DNA from: a virus
Taxonomy: Duplodnaviria > Caudoviricetes
Reading direction: 5' to 3' (one strand)
DNA length: 64,000 nt
IMG/VR virus record: IMGVR_UViG_3300009873_000001
Shown: piece by piece, positions 46,930-59,979 of the stretch
Layout of the letters: each line of letters starts with the position of its first letter
Numbering within the stretch: the first letter of the stretch is position 1
Translations under genes and position numbers: made by a program
The notes under the pieces: model-generated
Seen by the model: the letters and a program-made list of their open reading frames with translations, nothing else
Told to the model about the DNA's origin: nothing
Databases searched by the model: none

Positions 46930-49900
46930 GCTGTTCTATCCTTCGCTCAACGGGGCCGGGTGCTTGCCGTCCCAAGTCTGCTTGCCGTTGGTCCACGTTC
47001 CGCCACAAGGAAGCTGGTTCCTTGTCACCAGATCCATGAGTTCAGGATCGTAGGCCGAGCGGTTGGTGGCGGACGGTACGTGCGCGCCGTCTTCTCGCGC
47101 TGTCCAATCGCAGGACTGAAGCCAGCGCCACTCAGGGCCCAGGCTGTATAGCTTCCGCGCCTTGCCCTCGGCCACGCGCGGGCCACCCTTGATCCGCTGC
47201 ATGCGCGGGTCGACGTCACTGGAGCTGCGTCCGCCGTTGACGAAATAGTGCGTGCCGTCTTCGATCCGCACGAACACCACGCAGTAGTCGATCTCGTCGG
47301 CTGTGATCCGCCGCTCACGTTCTTTCTCTGCGTCCTCGCGCTCCTGACAGGTGCTACACAAGCGAGCGCCTGCGTCCTCAGTCGGTATGTCGCTCAGCTT
47401 GATCGAGTACCCGAACCGGCCCGACTCGTCTTTGATCGGGGCAGCCTTGTCCGGCACTGTGCCGTCGACAGGGAGCGTGAGCCACATGGAGTGGACACCG
47501 CAGCGCGGACAGGTGCTTGTGGTGTTCATTCGTCAGCGCCCTTCGATTCGCCCTCGAGCTGCAGCACGTTGACCGCCACGTCTCCCTCAATCCACACGGC
47601 GTCACTTTCGCAGAGCGGCTTCTTGAAGCCTAGAGCCGGAAGCAGCACAGCCTCTACCAGCGTGTTGTTGGGCAAGGCGCCGGGCTCTCGCGGGTAGACG
47701 CTGAACGACGCGTGCCTGGCCATGCCCTTCGGCTGCTCCTCCAAGCTCAAGACGATCCTCAGACCACCGGGCAGCTCGAGCGTGTGGTTCCGGTCCTCAC
47801 CTATCGGCCCCTCTAGGCCATTCCGCATGCGCTCGAAACGCTCAGCCATGATCGGGTGACCTTCCGCGTGCCACTTGAGGCGATCGAGCGCTTCAAAGTC
47901 GAGACAGATCGCGCGCATATCAGCCACCGGTCGCCTCACTGCCTGACAGCCCGCCGGTCGCGCCCTTGGGCAAGAAGAAGCTCTTCGCGCGGCCGGGGAA
48001 CTCTGGCAGCACGTACTCGAACTCGACCAACTCGCCCTGGTCGACCATGCGCTGGAGCATTTCGAGCACAGACCGACCGTCAGAAGCGGCGTCCAGGCCG
48101 GCGTTGTGCGCTTGAACGACGACCTGCGTGACCAACTCCACGCCCTTGCAGCCTTGCTGGTGCGTCACGATCGCCGCGATCAGCTCGCGCAGCTGCCTGT
48201 CCGTCGCCTCGTTGAGCGAGCGGATCCGTTCCGGTTGCGTCATTGATCGTCACGCGTAGGCTGGACAGCTCGTTCTAGTAGCCCCGCCGCCTCGCGCAGC
48301 GCCGCGAGCGCTCGCTGGGCCACGAACATGCCCCGCTCGGCGAGACACTTGGGCGAGAGGTGCGCGGCGTTGCCGATCGCTATCAGCCAGTACGCGGTCT
48401 CGCAAGAGCGCCCGTCGAAGTAGACGTGCTCCATGGGACCGAGCTCCCACTCGCCGGTGTCGCCCTTGCGAACCTGGAAGCTGTGAACCTTGACGCCGCC
48501 CTGCATGCACCACAGCTCCATGGGTGCGTCGTCGTTGGGCCGCCTCGCAGTCATGGCGCCTCTTCCGAGCAATTCATTTCGCTGACTCCCAGGCGCCGCT
48601 GCTGGCGGATCTCCTCAGCCACGCGCAACGCCGCGCGGACGCTTCCGTAGGGCGCGTCGACTTGGAGAGCGCCGCACGCCGGAAGCCACGGGCACCAGCC
48701 ATCACACTTGGCAGCCTGCGGCTGCGGGTTCGGTATGACCTTGATCACCGGTTCCGGTGAGAAGGCTTCTCCGTCCCAGGCCCAGCCGTGCTTCTTGGCC
48801 CAGCGAATGTCGGCTTCAGTCGGTCCCTGCATAACCAGCCTCCTCTTTGTCTTTGAGTCCGATGCTGCTCAGGAAGCACTGGCGGTGAACGGCCACCCGC
48901 GAGATATCACCGGCCACACGGATCATGGTGTGCCCCACGTCGAGCGTGGTGATTTCCGCCTGGCACACATGGCACAGCTCGCCCACCGGGACCTCCACGG
49001 TGAGCATCCAGCCGAAGTCGGCCCCAAAGCCGCGGATCTCGCCGTCGCGCGGATCGTCCTCTCGGTCATGTTCGTCAAGCTTCATGCGCGTCGGCCTTCT
49101 TGAACGCGGGGTATTTAGCCCAAATCCGAGACCAGTTCCGCTTCTTCTTGCGTTTGTGCTTCTTCTTGAAGTGACGCCACTTGCTGGGAGGCACGCGGCG
49201 CTTGCAGCACGGGCAACGATAGATCACGGCGCGACCTTCGGTTTGGGACCCAGCACTGCTCGCAGGATCAGCGCGTAACAGCGCCGCCGCGCACAGGCCA
49301 CCGCCGCGCGCCTGGTAGCGTGCCTATGATTGCAAGAACTCAACCTGTAATCCTCGTCGTGATCCTCAGACGCGGAACGCCACACGACACGCCACTCGTA
49401 CACATGCCGGCCCAGGCGGCGGCTCAACGAGCGGTTCTTGTGCGGCTGCCTGGCAATCCGCCGGTGGCAACGCTGGATCTGCTCTGGCGTTGGTTCCACG
49501 AACCTGACATGCCGGTCGGTAACCGAGAATCCGAACTCGCCGATCCTGATCTTGTTCGGGCTCGACTTGCCCTCCTTGAACCAACGCCACCAGCGAGCCT
49601 CAAGAGACTCGCCAGGCTGCCGGTCTTTCTTGCGCGATTCTGCGTCCATGATTCAGTATGTGGAGTGTGTGGCGGCCTGGAAGGAGGCTAGGACTTCGCA
49701 GGCCAATTTAGGTACATGCCGCAGGCTCCTAGCACACCTGCGACGCGAGCCCAGAAAGGGGCTTGGTATCTCAGCAGTCAGACACTGGCATGACTCCCTC
49801 GCTAACCGCGCGCCCGAGCATGACCGTGGCCTCGACTAGAGCACGCTTCTTTGGGTCGGTCGGTACGGCGCTGCCCATGGCGATCACCAGCTGGTCGGCG

Positions 49901-50705
49901 AACACTCGGCGGCGAAGTCGGTTGACCTTTTCTAGCACGTCCTTCTGACCGTCTGTCAACTTCTCGCTGCTCGCGCAGAGGTACGTCGCGCAGACCGGCC
50001 TGTGCTCAGGCTCGAGCACGCACCCGCGCTCCTTGCTCAAGAACGGGACGCCCAGATACCCAGGCCGCGGCGGCTCAGGCAGCCCGAGCATGGCCATGCC
50101 AGCCGCTGCCACTTCGCAGTGCGCCTCGGAGCAGCAGCGCTGCGGCGCGCGCTCGTTCCCCGGGCACCGCTCGCAGATCGGCTCTGTGAGCTCGACGCAG
50201 CGGCGGAGGGCCTGCCTGGTCTTGGGGAGGATCTTCACGACGCCCTTGCAAGACGCAGCGCGAAGATCAGGCCCTCAACAAAATTCCCAATGTCTCTCCG
50301 GCTCCCTGTCGCCAGAAACTGCGGTTGAAGTGCGCTGATCAACGCCAAGTGAGGGTCGTCGTTGCTCAACTTGCCAAGCAATGAGACCTGAAGATTGGCA
50401 GCTGGGCAAAGGCTGTTTGCTAACGCGAGCAAGTCGCTGAGCTGGCGCTCATCTGGATACACAGTCTACTTGCCCTTGGGCCTCGCCAGGCCCTCCACGA
50501 AGCCGCGCAGGTCGATCGGCGGGCCCTTGGCGTTCTTGCCGCGACAGACCGGGCAGCGCACCTTCTTCATTTCTACGGTCGTGCCGCGCCTGGTCGTCTT
50601 GGTCTTGCTGTTCACGACCTCGCCGCGACCGCCGCAGGTCTCACATGACTTAGGTGTCGGCTGGGGTGCGTTCATGGACCTTCCTCCGGTGGGCTGCACG
50701 CCCGC

Positions 50706-51206
50706 CTACTTTCCGTCGTCGTAGGGATCGTCAGGGTCGTACTCGATATCGCACGACCCTTGGTGGCCCGGCTTGCGTTCGCAGTAAGTCGGAATGGACC
50801 TGCCAGGAAGCGGCTTTCGACATTGCGTCTGCGGCTCCGGGGAATGGAACGAACACCCGCCGCCACCAGCGTCACGCGGGCGCCCGATATGTCCGGCTTC
50901 CTTCTCGCAACGCGCGCGGCCCTGCACCTTTCCGCAGCGCACGCCCCACCTGAGCGGCTTCCCCACAGGCTCCCCGATCCCTATGAGCCAGTTCTCCAAG
51001 ACCCGGCACCGCTCATTGCGCTCCGCAAGCGAGGCTGGGAGAGGAACCCCGCCTCCGCGCGAGACCCGCTCGTCGGACTCCACCAGCGGGACGCTCGCCA
51101 GCTCGCGCATGGCCTCCAGGGCCCAGCGCTCTGGGCGCGGCACGAGGTCCATGCCGTAGCGCTCGCGCAGCTCGCGGAGCAGCTCTTGCACGCGCGCGTC
51201 AGCCAC
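50706..51206 (-). CDS. hypothetical protein with MAD leader and repeated C-x-x-x-x-GH-x-G fingers
   Basis: MADARVQELLRE; LVPRP and NWLIGIG shared with 59315 and 59980; CEKEAGHIG, CERKPGHQG. Confidence 0.7.
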   Translation of the reverse strand: MADARVQELLRELRERYGMDLVPRPERWALEAMRELASVPLVESDERVSRGGGVPLPASLAERNERCRVLENWLIGIGEPVGKPLRWGVRCGKVQGRARCEKEAGHIGRPRDAGGGGCSFHSPEPQTQCRKPLPGRSIPTYCERKPGHQGSCDIEYDPDDPYDDGK

Positions 51207-52101
51207 CTGCTACTCGACGCCCTTTCGCCCAGCCACGCTCTGATCGAGCGCTTTGGCCAGCAGGCGGGCCCTTTCGGCCAGCGTGTGGGCTTGCGCGAGG
51301 TCAGCGTCCTCGAGCAGGTCCCACTGTTCTTCCTTGATCCCGGCGATCTTCTCTACCTGCTTCTTGCGAGCGATCTTCCGCCGATCCTCGTCGGTAGCAG
51401 GGCGGATCGACCACCGCTCGTAGTGACCACCACCGCCGGACTCGTAGGCGTGATCTCCAGCTCGCCAGTAGAACTTCCGAAAGTAAGGGCCAGGCGTCTT
51501 CACTTCGACGTGCCCGGACTTGAGCACGCGCGTAACCTCGCCCAGGCAGTCTGACCGAGCCCAGCCGCCGCGAGAAACTAGCACGGGGTCGCCCGCTTTG
51601 AATGGACACGCGTCCATGTTCTGACCGCGGCGACCCACTAGCTGCTCTTCCTTTCCGCTTCTTCAAGGTCTTTGATCTTGGTCTCGGCCTGCACGATCTG
51701 GCCGCGCAGGGACCTAATCCGCTTCTGCTGTTCTTGGATCTGTCGGTGCAGCTCCGTCTTGCTGTCGAGTCTGATCAGTCCCAGCTTGCCAACGAACTCG
51801 GACAGAAGATCGCGCAGCTCCTGGGCCTGCGACCAGCTGAGATCGAGTACGGACCCCAGGTTGATTGTGGCGATCCCTCCAGCTGACTGCCGCTCCCTGA
51901 CCTCGACCGTGTAGCCGAACCTTCCGCTCCCCACCAAGTACACGCGGTGAGCCTGGACCCAGTTGCCGTCCTCGGCCGGCGCCCGCTTGACGCGCCTCTT
52001 GGCTGGCGCCTTTTTCCGCTTGGCCATTGCTCGCGCTGCCTTCTTGCGCTTTTCGCTCGGATAGCTTATACCAACTCCACCGACGCCTCGTCCATGCCAT
52101 T

Positions 52102-52116
52102 CCGACAAAATGTCGG
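52102..52116. promoter_or_regulatory. palindromic operator candidate at the divergence point
   Basis: CCGACA-AAA-TGTCGG, just upstream of extended -10 TGcTAGGCT (52124-52132). Confidence 0.55.
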
Positions 52117-52139
52117 TGCCAGGTGCTAGGCTCGAAAAC

Positions 52140-52475
52140 GTGCAAATGGCAGCGACTTGGAAATACAGCAGCTACGCAGCCTTGGAGTCTTGGCGCAAAG
52201 CGCAAAAACTCTCGCTCAAGGCCCTGGGCGAGCTATTGGGCGTTACAGACAGGACTCTGTTGCGCTGGCGTTCTGGAGAGAGCGCTCCGCGCCTGAGCGT
52301 GCAGACAGCGATCAAGCAAATGATCGCCAAGAGCACCGGCCGGGCAGACGACGGGACGTCGTCTATCGTCACGGCCTACTTGTCCACCAACAAGAAGCAG
52401 CTCACTCCCAAGCAGCTCGTCGAGCTCGTGCGCGAAGTCAGAGAAGCCCTGCAGGGCACGGCGGAGGAAGAATGA
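52140..52475 (+). CDS. XRE-family helix-turn-helix regulator
   Basis: WRKAQKLSLKALGELLGVTDRTLLRWRSGESAP. Confidence 0.88.
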   Translation: MQMAATWKYSSYAALESWRKAQKLSLKALGELLGVTDRTLLRWRSGESAPRLSVQTAIKQMIAKSTGRADDGTSSIVTAYLSTNKKQLTPKQLVELVREVREALQGTAEEE

Positions 52476-54727
52476 AGATCACGCTCGAAGCCGGCACGGC
52501 GGTGCTCACGCCCACAACGCAAGAAGAGCAAACGGCCTTCGCCGCCTGGCGCGCGTTGGCACCTAGGTCTCTGTTGAAGTACGGCGGACGCGGCCCTGAC
52601 GACGGCGTTGGTTTCTGGACCGTGAAGCTCTCCGCGAACGGGGCCGACTTGGTTGTCAAGGGCGACTCCAAGGACGACAAGTACGAGGTCAACGGGCTCA
52701 GGAACGTGTGCTTCTTCGGCAAGACCGGCGGCTTGCTCTACCTGGGCTGGCGAGACGGGTCAATCGTAGTGGCCGGAGCCTTCTGCAAGTTCTGCGAAGC
52801 GCCCGTGATCGACATGGGCTCTTCCGAGTGGGCCGTGTGTCAAGCTTGCGCTGACGAGTGCGACCACCAGCTCGAGAAGGGCTTCACGCACAGCGAGCAG
52901 GTAGAACTCGACTGCAAGAAGTTCTGCGGAGTGTGTGGCAGGGCCGAGGCAGAAACGGCCACCCCGCCCAAGGCTGCTCAATGACCTATATCGACCCGCC
53001 CTTCTCCATGACCTCCCACTTGCTGACGTCTAGTGGACAGCGCACGCTCTGTGGGCGCGACCTGAGCACACCGTATCGCCGCGCGCGACTGACGCGACTG
53101 GCCCACACGATCGAGCTGGCAGAGAAGAAGGGAATTCTCTGCAAGCGCTGCAAGAGCATCAAGCTGGCGGAGCGGGAATGAGCAACGAGGCCACATTCGA
53201 GTTCGACTTCGGAGGGTCAGAGTTGGAGCGGCTACTCCTCAAGGGGCTGACTGCCGAGGGGCGACTTCCTCAGAACGGCAACTACGACACCTGCCTGCGA
53301 TTGACGGGCCCGAACGTAGACCAGGCGCTGGTCGACAAGCTCAAAACGGTGAAGCTCGTCATGGACGTGAAGAGAAACGGGCCGGCTTGGGTATGAGGAT
53401 CACAGCCGGACCGCTGGCCAATGGCGGCATGGGCGTGGAGCTCGAAGGCGTCGGTCCCATGACGATCCAAGAGACCGAGCAGTTGATCGTCAGGCTGCGC
53501 TGGGCGCTCCTCGATATCCAGAGACGCTCGTTCCCTGGCGCTGATTGCTCCTGCAAGGAGTGGGAGTCTTCGGAGGAGCCCGGCTATCAGCGTCTCGTGC
53601 ATGGACCGACCTGCGAGCTGACCGCGATCGTGGAGGCGCCTTCAGCGCCTCGTGCATGGAGCGACCTGTACGATCGAGGTGCCCGGTGAACTGTGAATCC
53701 TGTGGAGCCGAGCTGCACGAGATCGACAATATCATTGGCCGCTGGTGCGACCCTGACTGCGCCGAGAAAGGATACGAGTGCGCGCTGTGCGGGCTAGTCC
53801 CGCATAGGTGCCAGTGCTCGCCAGAAGATCTGAAGAAGCCTTCTGAGGCGACAGCGGCTAACAACACGCACTACGTCCAGATCACGTACCTGCAGGACGA
53901 GCCGCGAGGCAAGCTGTGCTTCTTCCTGAAGGACGTCCCGAGCGGGCCAGACAAGCTCCCAGAGGTTCTACGCTCCATTGCGGACGCCGTGGAAAAGGAC
54001 CAAAGAGCGCAGGCTTCCGAAGAGGAAGACGACCGGCCCGATCCGCGTGACATGGACCCCGGCTACGGAGGCACGCTGTGAAGATCCTGTGGGACTGCCT
54101 TACCTGCAGCTGGTCCGGCTGGCGCGCTGACACCTATGCCTGGTGGCGCGTCTGCCCGCGCTGCCAGAGCGACCGCTGCGTCAAGCACCTGGAGCGTGTG
54201 AAATGAGCACTACTGACATCCCGACCGTGGAGGCCATGATCGCGGCGCTCGGACCGCTGCCGCTGAACTTCACCGAGAAGGACATTGCAGAGCGCCGGAA
54301 GGAGATCAAGCACATTGGCGAGTGTGTAGCCCGGCTCACAGCGCGGCTCAAGGCCGAGGCTGAGTACCTCTACGGGATCTGCGACCACAGGAACCAGTAC
54401 TCTTCCAACTGGTGCGGACGTGATCCGGGCGGCGGCGGGTGCAATACCTGCGGAAAGAGCTGGTAGCTCGTGGAGCCGATCAAAGGCGGCGCGCTTCAGG
54501 TCTACGAACACCTCAAGGGCAGCGCGCTGACAACCGTGGACTTCTCCACGCTCAGCACCGGTCAGATCCTGGACGTGCTCACAGTGCTCATGCATGAATC
54601 AGGGCACGACGGCCTGCACCCGCTGATCCGGCATGTACAGCGCTCGCGCGCGTACGAGGAGGCGATCCACAAAGCGCGCATAGTGTTCGCCGAAGCGGAG
54701 AGAGATTGCGGCGACGCGTGAGATCAC

Positions 54728-54799
54728 GCCCTTGTAGCTCAGCGGTAGAGCAGCGGTTTTGTAAACCGCAGGTCGCGGGCTCGAATCCCGCCAAGGGCT
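54728..54799 (+). tRNA. trnT: tRNA-Thr(UGU)
   Basis: Acceptor GCCCTTG / CAAGGGC; D arm GCTC / GAGC; anticodon arm GCGGT-TTTGTAA-ACCGC; T arm GCGGG-CTCGAAT-CCCGC; no CCA. Confidence 0.93.
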
Positions 54800-54872
54800 T
54801 GCAAAGCTGATTGAGCGGCCTGATTGAGCGATTGGTTCTTTCGGGGGCAGTAACAGAGAAGGGAGCGCAAGC

Positions 54873-55547
54873 GTGGGGAAGAAGACGGGGTGGTCGCTGG
54901 TGCAGCTCGACGAGCTCAAGCAGTTCATGGAGCAAAACACCATGAACTGGAACGGGCTCGCCAAGAAGATCGGAGTGCCGAATTCGACGGCGCGGTGTTG
55001 GAACCAGGCCGGCAAGGCGCCCAGCCGGGACAGCCAGGCCAAGATCAGGGCCCTGATCGACGGCCGGAAGCGGTGGGAGAGGCGCCAGGACGCGAGCGGC
55101 CCGCCGCACAAGACGCCAGAGCAAAAGGGCGCCAAGAAGACCGCCGGCCCCGGTCTCAAAGCTACTTCACGGGCGACGTTTACAACCCCGGTCGAAATCA
55201 AGAGCAAGCGCTATGAGCGCAAGAGCGCTGAGGGCGCCTGGCAGGTGACGCGTCTCTCGCCCAAGGTCGCGGCCAAGCGTATGCAGGAGGCGCTCGCGCA
55301 AACCCAGGTGATCGTCTCGACCTGGCTCGACCTACCGCCGCAGAAGACGCCGATTCGCATGGTCGAGGACGGCAAGGTCCACCAGGCCGTGCAAATGCTC
55401 GGCGACGACGCGTTCCGCCTCGCGCGCGCGCTGGCTACGTCCTACGCCAAGGCCCACGGATCCAAGGCCGACCCCAAGGTCATGGTCTGGCTCGTCAACG
55501 AAATGCTCGCGCTGGTGTTCGGGGAACAGCCAGCCGAGGGCGCATGA
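54873..55547 (+). CDS. protein with N-terminal HTH-like domain
   Basis: LKQFMEQNTMNWNGLAKKIGVPNSTARCW...P is an XRE-like pattern. Confidence 0.65.
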   Translation: MGKKTGWSLVQLDELKQFMEQNTMNWNGLAKKIGVPNSTARCWNQAGKAPSRDSQAKIRALIDGRKRWERRQDASGPPHKTPEQKGAKKTAGPGLKATSRATFTTPVEIKSKRYERKSAEGAWQVTRLSPKVAAKRMQEALAQTQVIVSTWLDLPPQKTPIRMVEDGKVHQAVQMLGDDAFRLARALATSYAKAHGSKADPKVMVWLVNEMLALVFGEQPAEGA

Positions 55548-58500
55548 GCACTGAAAGCGAGGACCATGGACGCCAGCTCGCGAGGGCTCACTCTCAGATG
55601 CAGAGCGCGAGGGACGACCTGCGCGAAGTCGAAGGCAAGTTCCTCGAGCTGAGCGGCTGGGAAGAGATCAGCGAGGTTGGTATGTGGCGGCATCCAGACT
55701 TCGCCGTCCAAGGCCAGAGCCCGCACTTCAAGCACTCAAACCCGATCTTCGCGCAAAAGGTCGCCTTGGCCGTAGCCGAGGCGTTCTACGCGGCCGGGCG
55801 AAGGCCCGCAGGCAACAAGGAAGAGGCCAAAGTGAGCCTGAGTTTGCAGGACGAAAGCCTGACCTGTTCGATATGCGGAAACAACATCCCGCCAGGCGCG
55901 GTCAAGATCGCCGTGGACGCACAAAACTTTCGTCACCCGGACGGGTCGCCTTTGTGTCGCCGGACTGCAGCGGCCAAAGAATCCGCTGAGCTAGCCGCAA
56001 CACCCGTAAGGTTCACACCGACGCCTGTGGCTATCGCCAAAGCCAAGTCGCTCTTGGCGGCAGCTCTGGACGAGGCCACGCGCATGGGCGTGGAGGTGCG
56101 CTTTTCCTTCACGACGGTCGGCGGACAGCAGGCCTGGTATCTGGTCAAGGGCGTCGAGGACTTCCACTTTGGAGAGATTCACTAAGATCATGCGGCGCGA
56201 AGTCCTCAGCCGGGAGGCTTGAATGGGCAGGAAGAAGGCACCCAAACGTCAATCCAAGGCGCTTCGGCGTCTATCCAAGCGCGACCGCGCGACCAGCTTC
56301 GGAATCTTCGAACTGGCGTGCAACTCGATCGGGATCTCCATGGTCGACTGGTATCCTGACGAAGTCCGCGAGCCAGCCGTGCGCATGGCGGCCGAAATGG
56401 GCGCCCCGCTCAACCTTCCGGGCCGGTGGTCGTTTCGCCCGGTGACGGCGGCCGACGCAGCCGCGCGGGCCAAGCCCAAGCCTCAGCCCAAGAAGCGGAA
56501 GAAACGAGCAAAGGCATGAAGGAATCCGAAAAGCTAAAGAAAAAGCTCGAGCCAGCGACCCGCCTGGCGCTTGCGTCGCAGAAGGAAATCGAGGGCCTTC
56601 AGCTGCCCTGCTCGCGCCAGGACGAGCCCCGCCACCGTCGCTGCAGGCGGTGCGGCGGCGCTGGCGAGTATACGGGCGGCTACGAGAACGGTGACGTTTA
56701 CTCCTGCTCAAGAACTGAGGACTACAAGGGCCCGTGCGTGCCGGAAGCCATGGAGTCCTGGAACGTCTGCGCTCCGTGCAAGGCGCGCCACGCCGTGGCT
56801 CTCCTGCTCCACGCGCTGGAGTACATCGTCAATGAAGTAGGGGCGCGCGAGCATGAAGCCGAACTGGAAGAACAGCGCCGCCAGCAGGCGGTCGCGCAGG
56901 CCGAGGCTGAGGTCGAACGAGCTCAGTCGGCCCTAGCGAAGGCGCGAGCCAGGCACCAGGAACTGGCCGCTGACGCAGCGAAAGGAAGGCAGCCGTGAGC
57001 GGAGACGAGCTGATCGAAGCGGCAATCGTCATTGCCAACGTCGAATGCAAGGCCGACAAGAGGGGTTGCGGCGGGCCATGGTGTGAGGCCCAGCACAAGA
57101 TCCGTCAGGTTCTGTCAGGAATGGGCGTAGAGTGGCAACCGTCAAAGGACGAACCGACGAAGGCCAAGAATGCCTCTGCCTGACGACAAACCGAACTGGA
57201 AGCTAGAGAACAGCATGTTCAAGCTCGAGTCGGTCGAGGAGCAGTTACTGCGCGAGGTCACGCGACTCAAGCAGGCGCTAGCCTCGGCGCATGAAGCTCT
57301 GCTAGCTTCGGGTCCAGGGGCCAAGAAGGATCGCGCCGTTCAGGCCACGCTGCGCGTCCTCGAACAGGCCAGAAAGGCGTAACCATGAGCGGCGGCGAGT
57401 ACAACTACGCCTACCGGCGCGTCGAGGAGTTCGCGAACCAGATGCTCGTGAGACACTCCGAGATCCGTCACCTGCGGATCGGATTCCACAAGCACCTCCA
57501 GCTCGTCGCGGAAGCCATGCGCGCGATCGAATGGGTGGACTCTGGCGACGGGGCAGATGAAGAGGCCGCGATTCGCGCTTGCTTGCCCAAGAATGTCCCG
57601 TTCGAAGAGGCGCTCGATCTCACCAACAAGACCTTCTACAGAATGTTCGTGGGCGAAACGCGGCTCGGCTTGCCGTCCTGCGTGGTGTGCCTAGACCGAA
57701 TCGACGAAGGCGTGGAGGCCGTGGCGGTCAAAATGGAAGGCGGGTGGGTCCGCTTCCGGCACAAGCAGCCGTGCCAGCTACGCTGCTGGGTGTGCGAGAA
57801 GGAGATCAAAGAAGGCGAGGAGTTCAAGACGATCAACCGCGAGTGGGATCAGGCCCCGCGGCATAAGGCATGCGAGCCGCCAGAGGAAGCCTAGCCCATG
57901 ATCTCCTACACCCAGGTTATGGCCGAGTGCGAGGACAAGAAGGTACTGACAGACCTTCTGCAGAGAGCCGGGCGCGTCGGGAGACTCAGCATGCTGTACG
58001 ACATGGTCACGGTGAGGCCGATCGGCGCAGAAGGTCCGCCTGGCCTCAAACTGACCGGCAGCGTCTATGCGAAGGTAGTGGAGCTGGAGAGGATCGTGCG
58101 CTGGGTCAATGGAGGCGCCTTATGACCACCAGCGTCCGCCCCTCCGAGAACGACTACGCGCGGCAGTTCTTTGAGCTGTACTGCAAGGTCATGGGTGAGC
58201 TGGACAAGCTTGCCGAGCTGGCCAGCTACAACGAGGTCTTTCCGCACCTCGACGAGATCTATTCGCCCGACCGGCACCGCATGGAGTACTTCTTCCACGG
58301 GCTCCTCGGCCTGCTCGATCAGTCCTGGCGGGTCGAAGATCCGTCCTTCTGGCGGGACTACGAGCGGTCAAACTCGCTCATGAGCAGGCTGATCGCCTAC
58401 GGGCGCGAGTGCTTTCAGGAGCACAAGGGCCTGAGCGACGCCCGCTACACGGCTCATGACTTCGAGGTACCCAAAGAGAGCAAGGAGCAGCCATGAGCGC

Positions 58501-59314
58501 GTTCGAGAAGTACCTCCAGGACTGCGTTCAAGAGATTGATCCGTCCTGGGCCAAGTCGTGCGCGTTCGTCGTGGGTCGTATGCGCGCAGCGCGCGAGCTA
58601 CACAAGGAACTCTTCGGGGCGGCTGAGCTGCCGGATCCGAAGGTCGTGGTCGAGCTGTACGATCGGCTTCTCGAACGGGTCTATGCCAGCGAGGTCGAGC
58701 CGCGAATGGAAGAGTTCCACCGCTTGGCAGCTGAGCGCGACGCTCTGATGCAACAGCTCACACAGAGGGTTCAAGAGATAGAAGCGCACCTGAAGGCATT
58801 CCCTAGGCCTGCCCCTTCCGGCAAGTCCGACTACCGATGACAGATCCTGATCGCCAGGACGAGCTCGCTGAGGCGCTCACCCAGGCCAACGTGGCAGTCC
58901 TGGCGCTGCAGGCATGCGACGTGGGCTCGGCCACCGCTGCGCTCAGGAAGGCGATTCGCCTCACCACGGGGTCCGAGTTCTGCCAAGTCTGCGGCAACGA
59001 GCCGGCTCCGTTCACGGCCTGCAGCGCGTGCTTCTGGAAGTCGGTAGACGTGGTCGAGTACCTGGACTACTGCAAGAAAAACAAGGCGTGCGTCATGTTC
59101 GGACAGAACACAGTCTACGTCGCCCACCCCGCCACACCAGAGCGGCAAGGCACGACCAGTCTCCTGGCAGCCAGAGCCGGCACGCTCGGCGAAGCCGTGA
59201 ATGGAATCCAGAAGGGCATGGCCACTGTCCTGTCGGTAGAGACGATCAGACAAGTGGGGTTCCTGCACGCGCTCGAGCAAGTTCCGCCGCTGAAGCCCAA
59301 GGAGGGCGACTAGC

Positions 59315-59794
59315 GTGGACGAGGCCCTTCAGCGCGCGCTGCGCGAAGCCGAGCGTGCCGGCATTCGACTGATCGAGTATCCGCCAGAGCTGATCATTGA
59401 CATTCTTCGCCAGCGCCACTCGTCGCTGCCGTTACCACTCGGCGCTCCCAACCAATCACACCTCGACTTCATGCCAATCTTCGAGAAGCACGGTCTGGAC
59501 GGATTCCCAGCCTTGATCATGAAGGTGCGCGAGTGGCTAGTCAGCATTGGCGCGGCCCAGCCTGACAGCTGGGCCGAGGTCGACAAGACCTACGCCGCCA
59601 TGAAAGAAACATTCAATAAGTTCATGGGCCCGTACGTCGACGACGAATTCGGACGCCTGGTGCCAGACCACGAAGCAAGCTCGCCCAAGCTGACGCCAGC
59701 GCAAGCTGAACGCAGACTCAATCGCATGCAGGAAGTCTTGGTTCAGCTCATGACACTCGAAGAACTAGAAAGAAGTCGCGGTAATGGCCAATAG
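59315..59794 (+). CDS. hypothetical protein, paralog of 59980-60372
   Basis: MDEALQRALREAERAG...WLVSIGA. Confidence 0.75.
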   Translation: MDEALQRALREAERAGIRLIEYPPELIIDILRQRHSSLPLPLGAPNQSHLDFMPIFEKHGLDGFPALIMKVREWLVSIGAAQPDSWAEVDKTYAAMKETFNKFMGPYVDDEFGRLVPDHEASSPKLTPAQAERRLNRMQEVLVQLMTLEELERSRGNGQ

Positions 59795-59979
59795 CGAAGA
59801 GTTGCTCCAGCTTCTGCGTCAAGGCGTCGAGTTCATGAACGGCTTCGCCAAAGAGGCCGGAGTAGGAAAGATCCCAGCAGCCAAGTTCTGCTACGAGGCC
59901 GGCACCTGGACAGGTCAGGCGCTCAAGGCGATCAGCGAACTTGACGCTGTGGTCAGTGCCGAGCGGTTCAGGGACTGAC

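Larger units (their letters stand above)
38451..52027 (-). other. leftward array of short ORFans, many with CxxC Zn ribbons
   Basis: Consecutive minus-strand ORFs with ATGA/GTGA overlaps, e.g. 38451-39128, 39617-39880, 40320-40574, 44412-44624, 45061-45342, 46936-47529, 47526-47939, 49771-50238, 51638-52027. Confidence 0.75.
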
